From the NCBI GenBank assembly GCA_965644495.1, contig CBFFSA010000013.1, positions 248,001 to 312,000 of the forward strand: a DNA stretch of 64,000 nt, in the 5' to 3' direction. The position numbers and the translations under genes are program-made. Each line of letters starts with the position of its first letter. Positions within the stretch are counted from its first letter, which is position 1. This DNA is from Perkinsela sp. CCAP 1560/9 (lineage: Eukaryota; Protista; Euglenozoa: Kinetoplastea). Under the pieces are notes generated by a model. That model saw only the letters and a program-made list of their open reading frames with translations, had not been told where the DNA came from and did no database searches. Shown piece by piece: positions 32,620-43,400 of the stretch.

Positions 32620-33417
32620 ATGCCGGAAAGTCAGCCCTCCGTTTCTGACGTCATGCGTCAGCTGTCGATATTAACTTCGAAATTCGAGTCTAGCGCGAGC
32701 CAACTTCAGAGTTTGCAGGAAGGAATGCTGCATTTGCAATCTCAAATGGGGCGTTTGGACCGTATGGAAGGCGATCTGAGCCGCTTAAGTACGCAAAATA
32801 AAGAAGTTTTACAAATGGTGGCGCGCGCGTCCGACTCGCCGTCTGCTTATGATATTTCCATCCATGACCTGCCACAGGAACACGTTTTGCAGCCGGAACA
32901 CTGGAAACCCGAGCATTACTGTTCTGACAATTTGCGTCGACAGCTCCTCCAACGCGTAGAGCATGAGGTGCGAAACCTCTTCGGAAACTCCGCGGATCCG
33001 ACTGCTGTGCCAGGAGATTCTATTGGTCTAAAAGATGCATTAGACACTATCCAAAGTCACTTGGAGGCTTGCGACGAGCTGGTGAAACGGGGCCAGGCAG
33101 TTTCCATGAAGTCGATTACTCCGGCGATCGAAAACGTCATTTTCCTCAGATACAAACACAAGTGGGGTCGGCGTGTCGCGCTCCAATGGAAAGATGCTCT
33201 AAAAAGTTCGCCGATCGGGTCAAGGTATGACAATGCTCACGACACCGCTATGGAGTTTTACAAGAACTGTTCGATCGCTCAGGGCGCAGTGTCTCTATCG
33301 CAGGCAAAAAACGGCGGAGGGCGCGGGTTCGCTTCCAGTGGGCGAGGGAGAACCCGCGGGCGCGGAGGGCGCGGAGGTCGCAGTTATGCATCTCCGGCTG
33401 CTCCCCCGTCCCAGTGA
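32620..33417 (+). CDS. Gag-like ORF1 of the YR retroelement
   Basis: First ORF of the element; N-terminal coiled-coil heptads and C-terminal RGG/GRG nucleic-acid-binding tail. Confidence 0.7.
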   Translation: MPESQPSVSDVMRQLSILTSKFESSASQLQSLQEGMLHLQSQMGRLDRMEGDLSRLSTQNKEVLQMVARASDSPSAYDISIHDLPQEHVLQPEHWKPEHYCSDNLRRQLLQRVEHEVRNLFGNSADPTAVPGDSIGLKDALDTIQSHLEACDELVKRGQAVSMKSITPAIENVIFLRYKHKWGRRVALQWKDALKSSPIGSRYDNAHDTAMEFYKNCSIAQGAVSLSQAKNGGGRGFASSGRGRTRGRGGRGGRSYASPAAPPSQ

Positions 33418-35719
33418 CGGGACCCCGGGGCCGGACGACCCCTGTCGCGGTACGGCTGTTCGGGAGGCCGTGCCGTGGAGAAAGTAAACTGCCCTGGTCC
33501 CGGCCAGGTCCCGATCAGAGATTATATTTTAGGTCACGATCAGATTTTGAAAAACATAATTTATATAAAGCTTCCGGAAGACGTGTTAGACAGCTGCGTG
33601 CAACGAGCGGAAGACATTTTCCGCGAAAAGTTTTCTCCTGGAACGCAGGAGATCATGAAAAGAATATGGAGGAGATTCGTGAGTTTCGTGGAAGGAGTCC
33701 ACACCTTGGGATATGTGCTAGACGAAGAGAGAATGCTTGCAGCTTTCGCTCTCCATCTATACGACCAAGAGAAGGTAAAAGGTCAAACGGTGGTACAATA
33801 CCTGTGCCATCTGGTAAACGAGTACTCGCTCTCGGGGGTAAAACTGGATATAGCTCGAATAGACGCTTTAAAAGCGGCCATGATGAGGAGGGCCACTCCC
33901 GCTATAAAGGCAAATCCTATGACCCACGAACAAGTAATTCAATTTTTGGATCAACCGCAGTTAACAGAGATCAAAAAAACGTTCGTGATGGTTTATTGGC
34001 TCAGCGGACAGAGACCTGGAGAACTGTTAGCTCTGGACGTAGACGAAGTGTCAGTGACTTCCGAGGCGAACGACGAAACTCATATGGATGCTAAGTCATA
34101 CCAAGAATGTTACGAATCAGGAAAGAAGTACTCCGCGCTGCATAAGAATGGTGGTCCCGCTGGTCTGGAGAAGGACAATTCGGACGTCTCTGTGGAATGC
34201 TCGCCGGTTAGGTCGCGAACAGTGGTTCGAGGGAGTAGAATTGAGAACTCTAAATCTCGCCTTGAAGAAATTACCGGCGGCGCTGAATCACCCTCGACTG
34301 AGAGACCGTTTCAGTCTATATTCCATTCGCAGGGGAGCGCTCCAACACATGGCGGCTTTGGAAGTCTCAGCGCAAGACATTCAATGTTTGACTCGGCACG
34401 TATCGGAAAACTCTCTCCGAGCGTACCTGGGATCCTATATGGATCCGAAAGCGGTAAAAGGTCTGGAAGTGTCCAGACTATTAGGACAACCCGCTCCCCT
34501 GTATTCAGAATTTCCTGTAGAAGAGAGTCGAACGACTATGTTGGAAAATACTCCGCGGACCCCATCAACGAGGGGGTCGATCATCGAGATCGATTCACCT
34601 CTCCTGGGGACCCAAATTTTCTCCAGGTTAATGGAGAAAAGGGTTCCTTGCGAAATGAGGCAGGCGGACCCATCGGAGCAACAGGACAGTTTTATACCCG
34701 TGGACTCACCTGTCGAAACGACGAGTTTAAACCCCCCCTGCTCGAACCACCAGAGGTTCGAGACACCCCTGTATCAAAAGGTGGCACGAGCATTTCCGTT
34801 ATCAAACCTGTTTCCACATTTTCCCCCGCCCGACAACGTGTCAATATTGGCCAGAAGCGTTCCTGTTTCCACCGTACCGGAACTCACTACTCCGTTTTCC
34901 GAGAGCCCTTGCAAACGAGATCAAAACCATCGATTCCCATCAGCACTACGAAACCTGTTTGGAACCCCCCCTCCTTTTCAATTGCTTGCCACCCCCGTTT
35001 TCGGGTCGGCCCCCCAGCAACAGGGTGTTCGAAGTCGATTACACTTTCCCCTTTCCCCTTGCCCTGTCCAGCCGAAGATCAATCGGGAAACAGATGCTCC
35101 AGTCCAGGCCTTATTTCTAGCCACGACACCACGGACAGAAAACCCAGATCCGATAAGCACCCCCTCTGCCTCGCGGTCCGAGATCCCTCAGGAAGATACT
35201 CCGGATCCGAGGGGGGTTTCTCCTGCCCCTCGCGCGGCTACATCACATCTGAAGACGCTGGGTCAGGGGGAATGTTCGCATGCTCTTCGGGAAGCAACCC
35301 CATATCAGGAAGCATCAAACCGCGCCACCCCACTTCTCACACCCGGTTTCGCCACCCCGCCGACCCCGTTCAATTTCCTGACGTTTCGGGATGCAGATCA
35401 TTGGACCCCACCTCCGCAACCAACGCCGCCACCAAACCCCGCCTCAATAATTCATTACGATCCCCCGCCGCAGATAAAAAGGCACAGAGTTCCTGCATAC
35501 CTGTACAACCCAACGGGGACGGACTACGCGTCCCCAGTTCAATCACGAGCGAGATTCAAAAAAGCCAAACTGGACGAACAAGAGCGGCAACTGGCAAAAG
35601 CGGAACAGGAGGATATGGAAGCTTTAAGAGAGATGGAGACCGATATAGAGCGGGACCTACATGTCCCAACAAAAACGAGGCGATCACAGATAGTGGAGCC
35701 TGCGTCGCCGCACCAATAG
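33418..35719 (+). pseudogene. Tyrosine recombinase, split by a 1-nt indel at ~34055-34094, with long Pro-rich tail
   Basis: SAM-like N-domain and WLSGQRPGE (catalytic R) in the ORF starting 33475; SHTK (K), YSIRRG (H/Y-x-x-R), LTRH (H) and LRAYL (Y) in the ORF starting 34088. Confidence 0.85.
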
Positions 35720-37302
35720 GTGTCGGCACCTCGCCATGGAAAGTATTATATGAGTTCGCGTCATACGGGTATGCGCGTTCCGGAAAACTTTTCAGCGAGA
35801 GAAACATACAGAAACCGCCGCAATGGCCTTTGGACCCGATGCCAGCGACGCGTTTAAATTTAGAATTATTAAAAAGCCTAGCACAAGCAGAACACCTGGA
35901 AGCTGAAGTCAATATATTAAAATACTTAGAAGATGAACATTTTAGCAGTTTGACGTGTACAAAATGTACACCTGTCTACAGTGGCGAATCCAAGTACCTC
36001 GCCCCCTTTTTAGGGGATTTAGTGAAAAGTGGTATTTTGAAACCATTACCGCGTCGAAAAGCGAAAATCTGGATGTCAGCGTTTCTAGTTCCAAAACAGA
36101 GAAAACGTACCTTAAGAGCGATACTAAATGCGATCCCACTGAACGAGATACAGGAGATGGTTCCCGGACCATTAGAGCTTCCGGGGTTATCTGACATTGC
36201 AGACATGATTCGGAGGCACGACTTTTTCTGCGAAACAGACGGGAAGAGCTGGTACAATCAATTCGATCTTCCATAAGCGGCGTTACCATTCTTTGCGATT
36301 CGTGTTTCGGGTCGCACATACGCTTGGTCTACATTACCCATGGGGTGGAAGAGTTCAGTGAAGATCGCACATGCCGCTACATCCATTCTTCACCATTTAC
36401 CGGGAGCTAAAAGTGAAACCTTGATGTTCATTGATAATGGCTACCGGTTCTCAAATTCAACAAAGGACTTGGAGAACGACATCGGTGAAGCTTTAGTAAG
36501 AGCAGAAAAAGTCTCAGCCACTTTAGTCGTTACAACACCGCCGCAAGCGGCGGGAACCATTTTAGGCGTTCAGGTAGATCTATCTCGAAAGACCCTTTGT
36601 TTACCCCGCGAATTTATTGAGAAGTTGGTAGCTTTGCGCAACACGTTTGAAACTCTTCAACGAATCCAATCTAGGCCCTCACATCGCTTAGTGTGGAAGG
36701 TACTGGGAACTATTTTTTGGGCCGCACGAGTGCTGGGGATTGCACAATGCGACTACATAACGGTGATGCTATGGATTCGCAACAGAGCCCGGTTTCTTTC
36801 TTGCAATCCGATCTACTGGGACAAGACCTGTTGGATGCGACCGGAATTTGTTACAGCCTTGATTGAACTCCTAAATCGTATCGAAATCAACACACCCCGG
36901 AGCGTTGGAGAGTCAGCAGACGAAAGTGAGCGTATCTACGTGGACGCGTCACAGGGCAGATGGGGTCTCGACTGGTGGGAAGCAGGGAATCTGCGAGATC
37001 GCAGTGGTATTTTTCCCTCCTGGTTGAAAGAGAAGCCAATCGCCTATAAAGAACTGTATGCTGCTGAGATGGGTCTGAAGGAATGTAAAGAACGAAAATT
37101 AAAAAATGTGACCATTATCTCTGACAACAAGAATGTAGTATCATGGATGTCCCGCTGGTGCGCGGGTCCTCCTCTTATTATGTCGTGGTTGCAGCGTCTG
37201 CGAAATGATTATTATGTGAAGGGCACGTTCAGGGAAATCATCTGGACAAGTTCGGATACAAATCTAGCGGATGCGCCATCCCGACGGGGAGGATCAGCCT
37301 AG
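35720..37302 (+). pseudogene. Reverse transcriptase plus RNase H, with in-frame TAA at 36274-36276
   Basis: AFLVPK..R.LRAILNA..LN, ETDGKSWYNQFDLP*, AWSTLPMGWKSS, FIDN, ILGVQVD; RNase H YVDASQ, IAYKELYA, ISDN, NLADAPSR; the frame continues across the stop. Confidence 0.88.
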
Positions 37303-37420
37303 ACGGAAAATTGCTATTCGTGAAAAGCGACGATTAAGATAAACTTACTGGAATTTCTATAGTTTCTCTTGGATAACAGCAACTAAATCCGTCGAACCGG
37401 AGGACGACCAACATGGTTAT

Positions 37421-40400
37421 ACACTTATTCTGAAATATTTAAGAAACTACGACTTGAATTGAATATAAGCTTAGTACTAACGAACAGAACTGTATTACGT
37501 TATTGTGTTATTCTCAAAGTAGAAACTGTTCCCAACAATGAAATTTTGGCGTCTACCTCATTTAGCACATCCTTTTGGTATCTATATTTTCTTCTTCGCT
37601 CGGCATGTAACTCGGACGCTATGGAAAAAGATATTTTATTTATAAAAGGATTTTCTATAGACGCAAATATGCAAAATTTCCTGTTGGAGTTTCTTGAATC
37701 ACACTTATTCTGAAATATTTAAGAAACTACGACTTGAATTGAATATAAGCTTAGTACTAACGAACAGAACTGTATTACGTTATTGTGTTATTCTCAAAGT
37801 AGAAACTGTTCCCAACAGTGAAATTTTGGCGTCTACTTCATTTAGCACATCCTTTTGGTATCTATATTTTCTTCTTCGCTCGGCATGTAACTCAGACGCT
37901 ATGGAAAAAGATATTTTATTTATAAAAGGATTTTCTATAGACGCAAATAAGCAAAATCTCCTTTTGGAGTTTCTTGAATCACACTTATTCTGAAATATTT
38001 AAGAAACTACGACTTGAATTGAATATAAGCTTAGTACTAACGAACAGAACTGTATTACGTTATTGTGTTATTCTCAAAGTAGAAACTGTTCCCAACAGTG
38101 AAATTTTGGCGTCTACCTCATTTAGCACATCCTTTTGGTATCTATATTTTCTTCTTCGCTCGGCATGTAACTCGGACGCTATGGAAAAAGATATTTTATT
38201 TATAAAAGGATTTTCTATAGACGCAAATATGCAAAATTTCCTGTTGGAGTTTCTTGAATCATACTTATTCTGAAATATTTAAGAAACTACGACTTGAATT
38301 GAATATAAGCTTAGTACTAACGAACAGAACTGTATTACGTTATTGTGTTATTCTCAAAGTAGAAACTGTTCCCAACAGCGAAATTTTGGCGTCTACTTCA
38401 TTTAGCACATCCTTTTGGTATCTATATTTTCTTCTTCGCTCGGCATGTAACTCGGACGCTATGGAAAAAGATATTTTATTTATAAAAGGATTTTCTATAG
38501 ACGCAAATAAGCAAAATCTCCTTTTGGAGTTTCTTGAATCACACTTATTCTGAAATATTTAAGAAACTACGACTTGAATTGAATATAAGCTTAGTACTAA
38601 CGAACAGAACTGTATTACGTTATTGTGTTATTCTCAAAGTAGAAACTGTTCCCAACAGTGAAATTTTGGCGTCTACCTCATTTAGCACATCCTTTTGGTA
38701 TCTATATTTTCTTCTTCGCTCGGCATGTAACTCGGACGCTATGGAAAAAGATATTTTATTTATAAAAGGATTTTCTATAGACGCAAATATGCAAAATTTC
38801 CTGTTGGAGTTTCTTGAATCATACTTATTCTGAAATATTTAAGAAACTAGGACTTGAATTGAATATAAGCTTAGTACTAACGAACAGAACTGTATTACGT
38901 TATTGTGTTATTCTCAAAGTAGAAACTGTTCCCAACAGTGAAATTTTGGCGTCTACCTCATTTAGCACATCCTTTTGGTATCTATATTTTCTTCTTCGCT
39001 CGGCATGTAACTCGGACGCTATGGAAAAAGATATTTTATTTATAAAAGGATTTTCTATAGACGCAAATATGCAAAATTTCCTGTTGGAGTTTCTTGAATC
39101 ATACTTATTCTGAAACATTTAAGAAACTACGACTTGAATTGAATATAAGCTTAGTACTAACGAACAGAACTGTATTACGTTATTGTGTTATTCTCAAAGT
39201 AGAAACTGTTCCCAACAGTGAAATTTTGGCGTCTACCTCATTTAGCACATCCTTTTGGTATCTATATTTTCTTCTTCGCTCGGCATGTAACTCGGACGCT
39301 ATGGAAAAAGATATTTTATTTATAAAAGGATTTTCTATAGACGCAAATATGCAAAATTTCCTGTTGGAGTTTCTTGAATCATACTTATTCTGAAATATTT
39401 AAGAAACTACGACTTGAATTGAATATAAGCTTAGTACTAACGAACAGAACTGTATTACGTTATTGTGTTATTCTCAAAGTAGAAACTGTTCCCAACAGTG
39501 AAATTTTGGCGTCTACCTCATTTAGCACATCCTTTTGGTATCTATATTTTCTTCTTCGCTCGGCATGTAACTCGGACGCTATGGAAAAAGATATTTTATT
39601 TATAAAAGGATTTTCTATAGACGCAAATATGCAAAATTTCCTGTTGGAGTTTCTTGAATCATACTTATTCTGAAATATTTAAGAAACTACGACTTGAATT
39701 GAATATAAGCTTAGTACTAACGAACAGAACTGTATTACGTTATTGTGTTATTCTCAAAGTAGAAACTGTTCCCAACAGTGAAATTTTGGCGTCTACCTCA
39801 TTTAGCACATCCTTTTGGTATCTATATTTTCTTCTTCGCTCGGCATGTAACTCGGACGCTATGGAAAAAGATATTTTATTTATAAAAGGATTTTCTATAG
39901 ACGCAAATATGCAAAATTTCCTGTTGGAGTTTCTTGAATCATACTTATTCTGAAACATTTAAGAAACTACGACTTGAATTGAATATAAGCTTAGTACTAA
40001 CGAACAGAACTGTATTACGTTATTGTGTTATTCTCAAAGTAGAAACTGTTCCCAACAGTGAAATTTTGGCGTCTACCTCATTTAGCACATCCTTTTGGTA
40101 TCTATATTTTCTTCTTCGCTCGGCATGTAACTCAGACGCTATGGAAAAAGATATTTTATTTATAAAAGGATTTTCTATAGACGCAAATAAGCAAAATTTC
40201 CTGTTGGAGTTTCTTGAATCACACTTATTCTGAAATATTTAAGAAACTACGACTTGAATTGAATATAAGCTTAGTACTAACGAACAGAACTGTATTACGT
40301 TATTGTGTTATTCTCAAAGTAGAAACTGTTCCCAACAGTGAAATTTTGGCGTCTACCTCATTTAGCACATCCTTTTGGTATCTATATTTTCTTCTTCGCT

Positions 40401-43400
40401 CGGCATGTAACTCGGACGCTATGGAAAAAGATATTTTATTTATAAAAGGATTTTCTATAGACGCAAATATGCAAAATTTCCTGTTGGAGTTTCTTGAATC
40501 ATACTTATTCTGAAATATTTAAGAAACTACGACTTGAATTGAATATAAGCTTAGTACTAACGAACAGAACTGTATTACGTTATTGTGTTATTCTCAAAGT
40601 AGAAACTGTTCCCAACAGTGAAATTTTGGCGTCTACCTCATTTAGCACATCCTTTTGGTGTCTATATTTTCTTCTTCGCTCGGCATGTAACTCGGACGCT
40701 ATGGAAAAAGATATTTTATTTATAAAAGGATTTTCTATAGACGCAAATATGCAAAATTTCCTGTTGGAGTTTCTTGAATCATACTTATTCTGAAATATTT
40801 AAGAAACTACGACTTGAATTGAATATAAGCTTAGTACTAACGAACAGAACTGTATTACGTTATTGTGTTATTCTCAAAGTAGAAACTGTTCCCAACAGTG
40901 AAATTTTGGCGTCTACTTCATTTAGCACATCCTTTTGGTATCTATATTTTCTTCTTCGCTCGGCATGTAACTCAGACGCTATGGAAAAAGATATTTTATT
41001 TATAAAAGGATTTTCTATAGACGCAAATAAGCAAAATCTCCTTTTGGAGTTTCTTGAATCACACTTATTCTGAAATATTTAAGAAACTACGACTTGAATT
41101 GAATATAAGCTTAGTACTAACGAACAGAACTGTATTACGTTATTGTGTTATTCTCAAAGTAGAAACTGTTCCCAACAGTGAAATTTTGGCGTCTACTTCA
41201 TTTAGCACATCCTTTTGGTATCTATATTTTCTTCTTCGCTCGGCATGTAACTCGGACGCTATGGAAAAAGATATTTTATTTATAAAAGGATTTTCTATAG
41301 ACGCAAATAAGCAAAATTTCCTGTTGGAGTTTCTTGAATCACACTTATTCTGAAATATTTAAGAAACTACGACTTGAATTGAATATAAGCTTAGTACTAA
41401 CGAACAGAACTGTATTACGTTATTGTGTTATTCTCAAAGTAGAAACTGTTCCCAACAGTGAAATTTTGGCGTCTACCTCATTTAGCACATCCTTTTGGTA
41501 TCTATATTTTCTTCTTCGCTCGGCATGTAACTCGGACGCTATGGAAAAAGATATTTTATTTATAAAAGGATTTTCTATAGACGCAAATATGCAAAATTTC
41601 CTGTTGGAGTTTCTTGAATCATACTTATTCTGAAATATTTAAGAAACTACGACTTGAATTGAATATAAGCTTAGTACTAACGAACAGAACTGTATTACGT
41701 TATTGTGTTATTCTCAAAGTAGAAACTGTTCCCAACAGTGAAATTTTGGCGTCTACCTCATTTAGCACATCCTTTTGGTGTCTATATTTTCTTCTTCGCT
41801 CGGCATGTAACTCGGACGCTATGGAAAAAGATATTTTATTTATAAAAGGATTTTCTATAGACGCAAATATGCAAAATTTCCTGTTGGAGTTTCTTGAATC
41901 ATACTTATTCTGAAATATTTAAGAAACTACGACTTGAATTGAATATAAGCTTAGTACTAACGAACAGAACTGTATTACGTTATTGTGTTATTCTCAAAGT
42001 AGAAACTGTTCCCAACAGTGAAATTTTGGCGTCTACTTCATTTAGCACATCCTTTTGGTATCTATATTTTCTTCTTCGCTCGGCATGTAACTCAGACGCT
42101 ATGGAAAAAGATATTTTATTTATAAAAGGATTTTCTATAGACGCAAATAAGCAAAATCTCCTTTTGGAGTTTCTTGAATCACACTTATTCTGAAATATTT
42201 AAGAAACTACGACTTGAATTGAATATAAGCTTAGTACTAACGAACAGAACTGTATTACGTTATTGTGTTATTCTCAAAGTAGAAACTGTTCCCAACAGTG
42301 AAATTTTGGCGTCTACCTCATTTAGCACATCCTTTTGGTATCTATATTTTCTTCTTCGCTCGGCATGTAACTCGGACGCTATGGAAAAAGATATTTTATT
42401 TATAAAAGGATTTTCTATAGACGCAAATATGCAAAATTTCCTGTTGGAGTTTCTTGAATCATACTTATTCTGAAATATTTAAGAAACTACGACTTGAATT
42501 GAATATAAGCTTAGTACTAACGAACAGAACTGTATTACGTTATTGTGTTATTCTCAAAGTAGAAACTGTTCCCAACAGTGAAATTTTGGCGTCTACCTCA
42601 TTTAGCACATCCTTTTGGTATCTATATTTTCTTCTTCGCTCGGCATGTAACTCAGACGCTATGGAAAAAGATATTTTATTTATAAAAGGATTTTCTATAG
42701 ACGCAAATAAGCAAAATTTCCTGTTGGAGTTTCTTGAATCACACTTATTCTGAAATATTTAAGAAACTACGACTTGAATTGAATATAAGCTTAGTACTAA
42801 CGAACAGAACTGTATTACGTTATTGTGTTATTCTCAAAGTAGAAACTGTTCCCAACAGTGAAATTTTGGCGTCTACCTCATTTAGCACATCCTTTTGGTA
42901 TCTATATTTTCTTCTTCGCTCGGCATGTAACTCGGACGCTATGGAAAAAGATATTTTATTTATAAAAGGATTTTCTATAGACGCAAATATGCAAAATTTC
43001 CTGTTGGAGTTTCTTGAATCATACTTATTCTGAAATATTTAAGAAACTACGACTTGAATTGAATATAAGCTTAGTACTAACGAACAGAACTGTATTACGT
43101 TATTGTGTTATTCTCAAAGTAGAAACTGTTCCCAACAGTGAAATTTTGGCGTCTACCTCATTTAGCACATCCTTTTGGTATCTATATTTTCTTCTTCGCT
43201 CGGCATGTAACTCAGACGCTATGGAAAAAGATATTTTATTTATAAAAGGATTTTCTATAGACGCAAATAAGCAAAATCTCCTTTTGGAGTTTCTTGAATC
43301 ACACTTATTCTGAAATATTTAAGAAACTACGACTTGAATTGAATATAAGCTTAGTACTAACGAACAGAACTGTATTACGTTATTGTGTTATTCTCAAAGT

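Larger units (their letters stand above)
32600..37420 (+). mobile_element. Tyrosine-recombinase (DIRS-order, VIPER/TATE-like) retrotransposon inserted in the satellite
   Basis: gag-like, YR and RT/RNase H domains in that order; bounded by 33-bp direct repeats of satellite sequence (32567-32599 and 37421-37453). Confidence 0.88.

Noticed and set aside
33475-36276. 933-aa natural YR-RT fusion protein
   Set aside because: The catalytic C-half of the YR is in another frame. A single 1-nt indel near 34055-34094 explains the chimera.
30629-36276. Reassigned stop codons (alternative genetic code) to explain the in-frame TGA/TAA
   Set aside because: All housekeeping genes in the window are uninterrupted under the standard code and end in normal stops. 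In-frame stops occur only in mobile elements.
32600-37420. SLACS/CZAR/CRE-type non-LTR element (suggested by the long flanking duplication)
   Set aside because: It encodes a tyrosine recombinase and DIRS-type RT/RNase H, with no restriction-like endonuclease motif or poly(A) tail.
37801-37811. Minus-strand GAACAGTTTCT as a canonical spliced-leader exon
   Set aside because: The match is only 11 nt; it is followed by ACTTTGAG with no GT donor and has no AACTAA start upstream.
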